Of a DNA stretch of 64,000 bases, positions 25,499 through 36,626 are shown piece by piece. Each line of letters starts with the position of its first letter. Position 1 is the stretch's first letter. The stretch comes from Anthoceros angustus. Lineage: Eukaryota; Plantae; Anthocerotophyta. Where the stretch lies: assembly GCA_010909165.1 (NCBI GenBank), contig VJWM01000068.1:744001-808000 (forward strand). Direction: 5' to 3'. The position numbers and the translations under genes were made by a program. Below the pieces are notes generated by a model. It searched no databases. It was not told where the DNA came from and worked only from the letters and a program-made list of their open reading frames with translations.

Positions 25499-28273
25499 TC
25501 AGCCTACCATCACAAGTTCAGAAGCCACACACATTCTTTGTATTTCAGTTTGGAGGAAACATGTTTCAGCCTTGCTTGACTGGCTCTTTGAATGCTTCAT
25601 TTCTCCCACCAAAAAGCTATGCACTATTCCATCCGAATCAGTCCACCAGCTCTGACCAGGATGCTTCCATGCCCCGGCTCTTATTCGGCAAGCTTGCATC
25701 TCCTGCGCGTTCTCCAACATCTGGGTGGCGGTGTATATGTTGGACATTAACACATATGCTGAGGCATTTGCCTTGTCTAGCTTCACTGCTTCATCAAAGG
25801 CATGGCGTCCGACCTCCACGTTGCTCCACTTCTGACAAGCACCCAACAGCGTGTGCCAAACTGCAGCATTAGGTAGTACAGGCATTGTTCGTACCAAAGC
25901 TAGAGCCTCATCCAGTCGGCCTAAACGGCCCAGAAGATCTATCATGCATGTGTAGTGCTCTACAGTTGGAGTGATGTTGTACTGTCTATCCATAGCTTCC
26001 AGATATTCTCTCCCCTTGTTCACTAGACCTGCATGACTGCATGCTGTCAGTACGCTGAGGAGTGTGATTCCGACTGGGTGTATGCCGTCCTCCCTCATTC
26101 TCCGGACCAAATTAAAGACTATGTCAGCGAATCCTTGACAAGTGTAGCCTGCAATTAAAGCACTCCATGTGACAACGTCTCTTTCCGGCAACGCATCAAA
26201 CACCTGCTGTGCATCATCCATGCTCCCAGACTTTCCATACATGTTTATCAAGCTGGCGGCAACAAACAAATCACCTTGCAGTCCTTGTTCCACGATCTGT
26301 GCATGGAGGTGCCTTCCGAGATGCAACGCAGCCACGTTTGCACATGCCTGCAGGAGGCAGACAAATGTCATGGAATCAGGTACAGCAATGCCTTCTTCTT
26401 GCATAGCACTGTAAAGACTAAGGGCTTTGTGCCCAAGTCCCTGCTGAGAATACCCTGCTATCATGGAAGTCCAAGTCACCTCATTTTTTTCACCAAGTCC
26501 TTCGAACACTCTCTCAGCCTCTTCCAAGTTCCCACACTTTACATACATGTTCACCAGACCGTTTGCTAGAAAAACATCTGCTTGATATCCTTGCTCTCTA
26601 ATTTGCGCATGGAGCTGTTTCCCTTTCTCCAACGCCAGAGTTCCTAGACTCGCACATGCATGCAGGAGGCACATGAATGTCACAGAAGTGGGTTCGGCGA
26701 TGCCTTCGTCTTGCATAGCACCGTAGATGCAAAGGGCTTCCTGGCCCATGCCCTGCTGGGAGTACCCTGCAATCAGGGTATTCCACGTTACTACACCTTT
26801 TTGGCCAAGGCTGTCAAATACTTTGTGAGCTTCTTCCAAGCTGCCACACTTTGCATACATGTCCACCAACCCGTTGGCTACAAACACATCCGCTTGATAT
26901 TCTAAATCTACTATGTGTGCATGAATCTGCTTCCCCATCGCCAAAGCCGGGTTGCCCACACTTGCGCATGCCTGCAGGAGGCACACGAATGTCACGGAGT
27001 TGGGTGCTGTCATGCCTTCTTCTTGCATAACACTGTAGAGATGAATTGCCTCCCGGCCCATACCCTGCTGGGAATACCCTGCCATCATTGCATTCCAAGT
27101 CACCACATCTTTTTGACCCAGTCCTTCAAAAACTCTTTGAGCGTCTTCAACGCTACCACACTTTGCATACATGTTTACCAAGCTGCTGGCTACAAACACA
27201 TCAGTGTGGTGTCCCCGTTCTCTAATCTGTGCATGAAGCTGCTTCCCCGTCTCCAAAGCTGGGCTGCCCACACTGGCACACGCCTGCAGGAGGCACACAA
27301 ATGTCACGGAGTTCGGTACAGCCATGCCTCCTTCTAGCATAACACTGTAGAGACGAAGTGCGTCCTGGCCCATGCCCTGCTGAGAGTACCCTGCAATGAG
27401 AGCCGTCCAAGTTACCACATCTTTTTCACCAAGTCCGTCGAACACCCTTTGAGCGTCTTCCAAGTTGCCACACCTTGCATACATGCCCACCAAGCAATTA
27501 CAGACAAACAAATCAGGCTCCATCCCACTGGCCAACACATCAGCATGAACCTGCTGCCCAGTTTCCAAGTCCAATCCGCTTGCACAAGCCTGAAGGGCTG
27601 CCACAAACACGTGGCCGTCCGCCTTCACCCCTGCCCTGCGCATCCGACGATACAGTTCAATAGCCTCCTTGTCATGCCCGTGCTTCACATGCGCAGAAAT
27701 GATTGACGACCACATGAAAGCATCTGGTTCAGCAGCCTCGGTGAACACATCCATCGCATCTTGTAACCTGCCCCGAGAAGCATACATTCTCAGAATGTGG
27801 TTGCACAGGAAAGTGTCCGACTGATACCCCTTCTTCACCGTCAAGGCATGGACGCGGCGCCCAAGATCAAGATCCTTTTCCACCACACATTTCTTCAACA
27901 CAGTATAAAAGTAAAATTGGGAAACACAACAGCCCGCCTGCACCAGCACTCCCAAAGCCTCAACAGCCTGGGTGAGACGGCCTTGCCGACACAGCTGGCT
28001 CACAGTTTCCGCGGTTACGCCCCTTCCATATCCTGCAGGCCTGCCAAGCTCAGCATCATCCGGCAAGCTCCAGCTGAATTTGCAGCTACGCAGCCCCACG
28101 TTGCCGGACGATATACATCCTTTCCGACGGGCTGCCTGTTGTGCAAAGGTTCTCCACGAAAACTGTTCCCATGACCACTCCTGTTGCCCTGTACGTAACT
28201 CAAGTGCCGCGCTGCAGACAGCCATGGCCAGCGGGAGCAGGAGCACGGGTAGAGCCAACTCATGCACTTCCAC
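25499..28273 (-). CDS. PLS-class PPR protein (about five P-L-S triplets, P2-L2-S2, E1-E2, partial E+), organellar RNA-editing factor type
   Basis: Intronless 924-aa ORF with repeated DVVTWxALIAGY / PNSVTFVCLLQAC / DxFVAxSLVxMYAKCG motifs, HYTCMIDLLGRLG, NASAYVLMSNIY and PGQSWWTD. The true start may be the ATG of MAVCS. Confidence 0.95.
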   Translation of the reverse strand: MEVHELALPVLLLPLAMAVCSAALELRTGQQEWSWEQFSWRTFAQQAARRKGCISSGNVGLRSCKFSWSLPDDAELGRPAGYGRGVTAETVSQLCRQGRLTQAVEALGVLVQAGCCVSQFYFYTVLKKCVVEKDLDLGRRVHALTVKKGYQSDTFLCNHILRMYASRGRLQDAMDVFTEAAEPDAFMWSSIISAHVKHGHDKEAIELYRRMRRAGVKADGHVFVAALQACASGLDLETGQQVHADVLASGMEPDLFVCNCLVGMYARCGNLEDAQRVFDGLGEKDVVTWTALIAGYSQQGMGQDALRLYSVMLEGGMAVPNSVTFVCLLQACASVGSPALETGKQLHAQIRERGHHTDVFVASSLVNMYAKCGSVEDAQRVFEGLGQKDVVTWNAMMAGYSQQGMGREAIHLYSVMQEEGMTAPNSVTFVCLLQACASVGNPALAMGKQIHAHIVDLEYQADVFVANGLVDMYAKCGSLEEAHKVFDSLGQKGVVTWNTLIAGYSQQGMGQEALCIYGAMQDEGIAEPTSVTFMCLLHACASLGTLALEKGKQLHAQIREQGYQADVFLANGLVNMYVKCGNLEEAERVFEGLGEKNEVTWTSMIAGYSQQGLGHKALSLYSAMQEEGIAVPDSMTFVCLLQACANVAALHLGRHLHAQIVEQGLQGDLFVAASLINMYGKSGSMDDAQQVFDALPERDVVTWSALIAGYTCQGFADIVFNLVRRMREDGIHPVGITLLSVLTACSHAGLVNKGREYLEAMDRQYNITPTVEHYTCMIDLLGRLGRLDEALALVRTMPVLPNAAVWHTLLGACQKWSNVEVGRHAFDEAVKLDKANASAYVLMSNIYTATQMLENAQEMQACRIRAGAWKHPGQSWWTDSDGIVHSFLVGEMKHSKSQSSKAETCFLQTEIQRMCVASELVMVG

Positions 28274-29408
28274 GGCGCATTTCTACGACCCACATGATCT
28301 TACTCCACAACCACACGCCGATGTGACAGCGCATCCGGCAAAGCACGGTCGGATCAAGTACTGTCAGATACAGTATGTGGCGTGAGAGCCAGACGGCTTC
28401 TGAAAAGATCATGGAACGATCCAGCACACGGCAGCATGTGATCACCTTGCTAGCCAAATGGAAACCCTCAAGGCGAGGCGAGGCAAGGCAGGATGGACAT
28501 CACTAGGCAGTCCTTCTTGTGATGAAGAAGCAGGGGAAAAGCTTGCCAGCGTGTACAATTTCGGGACCTATTCAAAAGGCACCCAGAAGAAATTATGGGC
28601 TCCCTTGCTCTTGGTAGACGAAATCCTTGAGATGGGGTATGTCGCAATGGCCTCAACATGGGTGGGAAGATGAGATCAAAACAGTGTCTGCGATTCGAAT
28701 CGTCTCAAAGCCCGCACAAATATCCGCACCATGGGAGCAATCAGACTCCGTACCAGATTTTGTTCCACGACAGACAAAAATGAACACCAGGTCGGGTCCT
28801 GAGTCCGGACAGCAGTTGCGCAGAGCATGCCATGGCCGGATCTAAGAGAAGGGACAAGCGCGAGGAGCGCGCCAAAATGAGGCACGGTGGGCATGCAACT
28901 GCAGCGCGGAGGAGGGAGGAGGAAGGGGACATGGCGGTATTCTGTTCGTCAGTGGGTCGGGGCTTGAAAGCCGCCCGTGTGAGTCACGTTGGGCGCGGCG
29001 GGGAAGAAGGAGTCAGGGCCCGGCTGATGACGCTCTGCGCATTCCAGAGCAGAGCTAGCTGTCCGGTTATGAGGCTCTGAGCACGGCCTCTGTCAGATCG
29101 AGGCGTGGCCTATAGGCCGGTCCAAGTGTGATCTGGCCACCCCTGCACGAATCTCCTCTGCTGTCCTTTATGCCGCCATCAACGCCAGCCTTTGTGCAGC
29201 AAATCTCTCTCATCGCATCACACAAACCTTCCATTTCCAGCCTGTCGTGTCTCCTCTTTCTCCCCTCCCAGTCTTCTTCCCCTCTTGTTTTTCCTTTCAC
29301 TCTGCTGCTGCCTGTCCGGGGAAAATGATGGGCGGAAGACGCGCATTCTCCTCACCGGCAGAATGCCGGCCTTGCGCGGATCGGCCGCCATCCGCGTGAC
29401 CGCCCGCC

Positions 29409-31042
29409 ATGGCCGCAGTGGAGGCGAGGCCCGCAGGAGGCAGCCGGCTCCGCGCGCTGCGGGCCATCCTGTGGTTCGGCGGCCGCAGCGGCCACAGGAG
29501 GGGCCAAGGCCTCCTCCCGAATTGCCCACAAGGAGGTCTCGCAGGAGCAGCCGGCGCACTTCGACTTCCAGGATTCTGCCCGGATCAAGCTCCCTTCTCC
29601 TTCTCTCTCTCCTTCTCTCCCCGGCTCGCTGCAGGGGGAGGTGCAGAAGGTGAAGAAGCCGCAGGCTGCAGGGTCGGGCTCGCTGTGGCGGAAGCTCAAG
29701 GCCGGGTACGGCGTGTGCGGGGGGGATGCGGAAGTCGCCCTTGACGTGCAACAGGAACGGAATCCTTCTCCCCCCTCGGAGGAGACGTCCATCCCTCTCC
29801 CCTCCCACCCGGAGGAAGAGAAGCCGGCGGTGGAGGAGGGGCCCGGTGCAGTCCCGGATGCGGATGTGCCGCCTCCCGAGGACGTGATTGACACGGCCCC
29901 TGATCCTCCTGCCCCGGGCCCGGCCGCAGACTACCCGTACCAGGAGCTGGTGGAGAGGCTGCGGAGCGGGAGCCTGGAGGAGCGGGCAGTGGCGGCGGAG
30001 GAGGTGCGGGGCCTGGCCCGCTGCGACGGAAATGCTCGGGAGGCTCTGGGCTCCCTCGGCGCGGTGGCTCCTCTGGTATCGCTCATGCTACACTCAGGGG
30101 AGGAGATGGTGCAGCAGAGGGCGGCGGTGCTGGCGCTGCTCAATCTGGCCATCGGGCACGACGGGAACAAGCGGGACATCGCATCCGCGGAGGGCGCGCT
30201 GGGGCGGCTGGTGGAGCTTCTGGAGAAGGGGAGGTGCAAGCCGGCGGCGGCGGCCATGCTGTCCCTCTCGGCGCTGGACGCCAACAAGGCGGTGATCGGG
30301 AGCAGCGGGCCATCCCAATTCTGGTCCGCCTGCTCAAGGGCGGGATCTCTGCCGAGCTCCAGGAGGCGGGCTCGCGGAGGCAGCAAAGGCGGGATGCGCT
30401 CGAGCGCTGTACAATCTCTCCCCTCTGCAAGGCGAACCTGGCTCTGATGGTGGGGTGCGGGGCCGTGGCGGCGCTGCTGTCCTCGGCCGAGGAGGGGAGG
30501 AGGACGTTCAGGAGAAGGGGATGGCGGTGCTGGGGCACCTGGTGGGGGTGGAGTCGGGGCGGCGGGCCATCGCGAGCAGCAAGGACGGGGTGCAGTTCCT
30601 GGTGGAGGTGCTGCGGGAGGAGGCGTCGCCCAAGACGCAGGAGCGGGCGGTGTTCATCCTCATGGTGGTCGCGCACCACAGCAGGAGCACGCGCGGGGCC
30701 ATCGCCCGCGCGGGGGCCGTGAACGCGCTGCTGGAGCTGCTGCTGCTGGGGACGCCGCTGGCGCAGAAGCGGGCGTCCAAGCTGCTGGACAGCTTGCGGG
30801 AGGATTCCGAGAAGGGGAGGTCCATCTCCGCGCCCATGGCCACCGGGATCCTGGATTCGCAGCTGGAGATTCAGGAGGTGCAGGAGGGGGACGAGGGTGC
30901 TGCCGTCCGCAGGCTGCCTGATGAACGGCGGGCCATGGACAAGATTGTGCAGCAGAGCTTGCAGAGGAACTTCAGGACTATGGTGAGGCGCGCCAATTTC
31001 CCCTCCTCTGCGGATTTGCAGCTGCAAACGCAGTCGGGGTGA
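29409..31042 (+). CDS. ARM-repeat protein without U-box; single exon broken by 1-bp frameshifts in G/C runs
   Basis: ARM motifs (AAEEVRGLAR, GAVAPLVSL, AVLALLNLAIGHDGNK, IGSSGAIPILVRLL, GAVNALLELLLLGTPLAQKRASKLL) and the C-terminal VQQSLQRNFRTMVRRAN are spread over ORFs 29409, 29641, 30234 and 30455. Confidence 0.85.
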
Positions 31043-31879
31043 GGACATCGGTTGCTATTTCAGCTGCCAGAGCCCCGCTTCTTCTTCATGGAGTCATGGC
31101 CGATCGATCTCGGGTCCTTGGAATGGCTACAAGACGGACACCCACGGACGACCTCGTCGTCTGTTTCAGCTTTCAGCTCTGCTCCAAGCCACAGGTCTCC
31201 GGTGCCCTCTAGCTGTTTTTTCCCAAGAGACATGGCCCGCGGCTGACGAGAGATTTTTGCCTCTCATTCTTGCCCTGGCCGGATTGTATATTATTGTTCT
31301 ATGTGGAACACCACATGACCCGGCCCACTGCTGGGCTTGTGTGGGACCCATATACCCCGACATAGTCTTCTAGTAAAGCTTGTAAAGCATATCTTCTTCA
31401 TTGTCATGCTCCACGGACAGCCTGAGAGCACTTATTCCAACTAACGAGTGGCACTCATCCCGACTAACGAATTCGAACGGGTTTATTAATCTATATTTCA
31501 ATTTTTTATTACTACGAGATGTATGGATAAACAGTATTCAGATACGACATGGTACATATGTACGGAGAAACAAAGTACAGGCTAAACATAAATAAATAGA
31601 ACTTTTCATGAAGAATGAAGGAAGTTTCCATAGAAAAAAGAATGAAGGAGGTATCCATAGAGTAAATGAAGGAGGTATCCATAGAGTAAAGGAGAGCAGG
31701 AAGTTTTCATGAAGAATGAAGCAAGTTTCCATGGAGAAAAGGAGAGAGTTGGAACGTCAATGAACAATGGGGTGAGAGGGAAAAAAAAGATGAATAATGG
31801 GGTGGGGAGTGGGAATGTAAAAGCAAACGCATAAGACATTAAAGGGAGCTATGATGGAGCAAGGGTGTATATTAGGATA

Positions 31880-32430
31880 GGAATTCAGATGTCACAAGGT
31901 TAATCCAGCGGGTATACTCGACTAACAAATATGTCTCTTCAAATGACTTGTCATTTCTAGGATAATAATTATTGTGGCTCTATCTAACACACAAACAAAG
32001 CATAGAGTATGATACCATGCTCTCTAGGTACGGAAACAATACGGCTGCGCAATTTTCTTGAAGAAATTTATGGGATCAAAGTTGCAGGATGCAACAACCA
32101 TCTCTAATGATAATCAAGGTTGCATATTCTTGACCAAGAACACAACTTTCATGCAAGGATAGGACATATCGACAAATCCAAGATTCTTAATCTCTAGCAT
32201 GGTTTGGGATGACATTCTTTCAATTCAATTTAGGATTGAAGCAAGACTTTACACCAGAGAAAAAGTAGAATCCAAAAAGGAAAATATGAGTATTGTCCAA
32301 AAAAGGACATGCCTATGGATATCTTGGTATGAGTGGGCCAAGCATATCGGCTAGCACATATCAAAGGATTGATATCTTGACCAAAGGATTGACTTTGAAG
32401 AAATATACTGGGTTTGAAAGGGAGTGTGAA
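31880..32430 (+). mobile_element. Degenerate Ty1/Copia RNase H remnant ending in a PPT and LTR start
   Basis: Broken frames VALSNTQ, RLRNFLEEI, ISNDNQGCIFLTKN-FHARIGHID and KGKYEYCPKKDMPMDIL match Copia RNase H motifs. They are followed by 'gaaagggag|TGTG' at 32416-32428. Confidence 0.75.
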
Positions 32431-32908
32431 AAATCCATAAAATTGTGATAAGAATCTTAAATTAGAATCTATGAATAGAAATCCTAAAAGTATAAAGGAT
32501 ATTGCATATATCCCCATAGAGGGTTAGCCATACGCCGATGTGAAATAGGCCTGCGGGGCCGCTTGTTGTAAAAGCCCATGGGACTGCCTATTCTAAAAGC
32601 CCTACGGGGCTACTCTGAATTAAGTTCACGAACAAGTTCACTATGAAACAAAGATCGAGTTCATAATCCTCAAGATTATGCCAACTCCAAAGGCTATATG
32701 TAGATCTATTGTTATGGGACACCTATGGTTCTACCAAACTTCTGTTCAAACGAGGTTAACTTGTATGCATATTAAGTCCGAATGGATTAACCTATATTTA
32801 GTATATTTTATAAATATTAATTATTTATAAAATTATGGGAGTTGTTGTCATGCTTCAACATCCTTCATAAGAAAGCAATGGCACGTTCTTCATGTTTTGA
32901 AATTCTTT

Positions 32909-33154
32909 TGTTAAAATCCTAGCAGTAGGATTGTGCATCTCTTGTATCTAGTCTAGCATTATCGAGATGCTATGCTCACAAAGATATTTCGTGTTGAATT
33001 AGCTATAAGGTGTATACAAAATGTGTCTTAAATAGTGTATGTGGGTGTCTCTTCCGAAGAGGCACACCCGTTCGTAATTACTAAATACTATTAATTACGG
33101 TCTACGGTAACTAGCGGACGGTAGGGTTACGGACAGATTAATTGTTTCGTAACA
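32909..33154 (-). repeat. 3' LTR of the non-autonomous Copia
   Basis: Direct repeat of 34614-34859, adjacent to the PPT. Confidence 0.95.
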
Positions 33155-34613
33155 CTCCCTCTTAAGCTGGACGTAACCTGAACAGTAGTGGAGGCTATCT
33201 CCCATGGAGCGCGACGCTCCTCTTTGATGCGCTCCCTCTGAAGGCTAATGAGAGCCTGTACAGGCCGTCTTGAGGCACGGCACTGAAGAGGCACAATTCA
33301 GGATTTGTGGTCCTGAAAAAGTAGCATGACCCCCTTGAAACTAGCATCTCAAGATCGCCTTGCTTCAGCAGCTGAGTCATGGAAACCAGGTTCTTGCCCA
33401 TTTGTGGGACGAGGAGCACATGGAAACCAGGTTCTTGCCCATTTGTGGGACGAGGAGCACAGGCTCCAAGGTAAGCACCGAACCGTCCTCGAGGGGAAAT
33501 TCGCAAATGCCTTGTCCCATAATTGGCAGGTTGGATCTACTCCGTTCGTCACCAAGTAACACCCTTTCCCTGAGAGGATGAGTATCCAGCTTGGTGAATA
33601 GAGTACGGTTGTTGCATATGTGGGCGGTGGCTCCACTGTCCAGATACCACCCCGCATCCTGATGCAACTCGGTGTTGAGGCAAACTATAAGTATCTTTAC
33701 GGTCTTTGCCTCTGCTATACTGGCGCTCCCTCTAACTGCAGTACAGGCTGCCTGTCTTAAGTCGGTACTACTCCCACAGGGGAGGAGGTACTGCTAGCCA
33801 TGGAAGCGGTAGCGTCGAGCGAAAGCGAGTTGAAGTGTTGTATAAGTTGATTCACCACGTCTCTGTAAGTTGTGGTCATAAGACTTCACGGCTCGATACG
33901 GTAGCGGCGCTCCGTGTGGCGCGCCGTGCGGGCTCCACGCCGTTCGCCGGGCCTCGCCGCCTCCACCGACGCGCCCGGCGGAGGCCCTCCCAGCGCGCCG
34001 CCCACGCCATGCCGCCGTGCTCGAGCACAACGCCGGCGCAATGCCGCCGGGCGCATGCTCCGGCGCACCACGGTGGCGTGGGTGAGGCCGGGATCGCCCC
34101 TCCGGCTCACGGCTAGGGTGAGGGCGCCGGAAATTGCTGCTCCTCTTGCCTGGAATTACTGGCCATATCTAGATTTCCTTGAGCCTGCAATAAACAGACA
34201 CGCATCAAGATGGCTTCAATGCGGCGGAGGGAGGCTTTCAATTCTCGTGTAATTTTGTTGAATTCCAGCTTGCCGATGGAATTCACAACATCATGTTGTC
34301 TCGCAGGTGTAATTGGTGGGGGCCGTAGGTCCAAGCTTGCTTGCAGGTCCAGATCAGGGTGCCGGCGGTAGTAGAAATTGTGAAGAAATGCACGCTACCG
34401 AGGTGGTGGGCTCGAACGCAACGATGGAGCCTCACGGCGTGGTGCACAAGGCTATTGTAGGCTCGTGGGTCATTCTCCGTCGAGGCAGCCATGTGCCTTG
34501 GTTTGCATGCCACGACAGCTCTCCATGTTGAGAACTTCTACGATGGGACTGCCGCCGCGGCATCTCCCTTAGACTCCCGGAGGATCATAAGCATGATATA
34601 GGCTCTGATACCA

Positions 34614-34859
34614 TGTTAAAATCCTAGCAGTCGGATTGTGCATCTCTTGTATCTAGTCTAGCATTATCGAGATGCTATGCTCACAAAGATATTTCGTGTT
34701 GAATTAGCTATAAGGTGTATACAAAGTGTGTCTTAAATAGTGTCTGTGGGTGTCTCTTCCGAAGAGGCACACCCGTTCGTAATTACTAAATACTATTAGT
34801 TACAGTCTATGGTAACTAGCGGACGGTAGGGTTACGGACAGATTAATTGTTTCGTAACA
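34614..34859 (-). repeat. 5' LTR of the non-autonomous Copia
   Basis: Direct repeat of 32909-33154, adjacent to the initiator tRNA-Met PBS. Confidence 0.95.
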
Positions 34860-36626
34860 TCTTTCAATTGTAGTGATAAATTAGGCTGCATTTGCACCTT
34901 GTTTATGAAGTGGATATCATATTGTTAGTGAAACCATGAACAATCCATTTATTTCTTAAACGAACAAATGGAGTGTTGCTGTGTCCACTAGTAATAAGAT
35001 GTGCAACCCATAAGAAGCAGTTCAATATCACCTTGTTGAGAACATATAGAGCCATTGCAATTTGAGGAGGCTTGTAAACTTGAACAGCGCTGGCCCTGTT
35101 TTCCTATGTAGGATATGAAGACAAATACAACTCTCACAACTTCACAAATTACTCATTGACATTGGGTACGAGACCCAATTCATGATAGACAGTAGAAAAT
35201 CCATAGAAAACATAATTTAGGTTGAAATCATACGTAGTTTTTGTATCCATACATATTTTTATGAATGATTAGAGTATAAAATTTGAATTAAAATGTATAG
35301 AATATTGTTAATGAAACTGTGAGAGAATTGTTTAAACTCTGTTTGGAAAACGGCCAGGAATAAGTGATGCTTGTGATAGAGTAGATGGACCATCATGGCC
35401 GAACATGAAGCCGTTAAAGGCTCATGCCTCATAGGGTAGTTCAAGTTAAAGGCTTTCTTCAGCAAAAAAATATTTACAAGGCTCTTGACTTAAATTGGCA
35501 GAGTTGTATTAGACAAGAAGATAAAAGTAGCAGCTATGATGGCTGAAGCATTCAAGTTTGCCATAATTTCATCCATTCATTATATGTTAGAAAAATTTAA
35601 TTTATCGAACTAAGTTTTTCAATCCCTAAAAGAGAGACATGGGCTTAGTTCTTTGCCACCTAGCAGCATTAGATCATTATGCCAAGGACCAAAAAATAAG
35701 ATGAGAAACGTAACCTTTCAATAATGCGCTTCTTATGAGTCTATCCCACCGCCCCGGCACGCCTGTCCCGAATAGGGTCTTGTCCTCTTGTCTACAGGAC
35801 TTTTCTCTCCAACTTGCGTGCTTTGATAGGTAATGGAATGTGGTAGGAAAAGAGGTCAAAGAATATTGTGATCAAGGAGGTAGGTCTGTGATCTCAAAGG
35901 TTCAAAGCTCTCGCTACCTGCCATCAAGGCGGAAGATGTGGACTACGCCAAGCATCAGCCAGCAGCACCGCAACGCAGCAAACACTCAACCCTGCCTCCT
36001 TCACTGACGCGGTAACGCTGCCGCGTACACAGTCGTGGCATACTTGCAAGCATTCGACAGCGAACTTACCAACAGTGCATCCACTCAACCGAGAGCCTCG
36101 ATTTCTGCGAAAGAGAACGCGGCAACTCCGTCGAGAACATAATGCGTCCATATGTATCGTAGAAATTCTGTTGTCAGGCGTTGAGCATCTTCAACCCATG
36201 ACAACAACGTCTTCCAACCAAATTGCTCGCGTTCGCTGCCTGTACAGCTTTTGGCTGCTTAGCAAAACCTTTTGCCGGCTTGAACAAGGGAAGAAAGCTC
36301 GCTTGTCGAGTTCACGTTGCTGAGATCCGAGTGTGAGGAGTGACTGTGCGTTTCACTCCCACTGCTCCGCACACACCATGAACCTGGAATCGCTACCGTG
36401 ATTTCCTTAGATAGTCTGAATGAATTGCAATGAGGGAATGGGAACATAGTATCCACATATTTCCCCTTCTTCATTTGAAGTTCTGCCCAGGTAGCTTTAG
36501 GGTTTAAGGAAGGGTTTAGGAGGCTGCAGATGTAGACCCGGTACTCTCAAGTGTTCAAGTTGGTTTCAGGAATTTTGCAGGGGCGTTGGATTGTCGCTGA
36601 GGCTCCAGTGACCTTAGCGAAGAAGT

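Larger units (their letters stand above)
32909..34859 (-). mobile_element. Non-autonomous Ty1/Copia LTR retrotransposon (gag + protease + GAG-pre remnant; no IN/RT/RH), 1951 bp
   Basis: 246-bp TG...CA LTRs at 32909-33154 and 34614-34859 (6 substitutions). 5-bp TSD TCTTT at 32904-32908 and 34860-34864. PBS TGGTATCAGAGC at 34602-34613. PPT TAAGAGGGAG at 33155-33164. Internal motifs WYLDSGATAHIC, VLLVPQMGKNLVSM and DGLYRL. Confidence 0.96.

Noticed and set aside
29128-31048. Minus-strand and alternative-frame ORFs over the ARM gene (e.g. 30140..31048)
   Set aside because: Shadow ORFs expected in very GC-rich coding DNA.
35260-36480. Possible small minus-strand gene head-to-head with PRMT5 (e.g. 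SEREQFGWKTLLSWVEDAQRLTTEFLRY)
   Set aside because: Some frames look protein-like, but I could not build a consistent exon chain or recognise a family.
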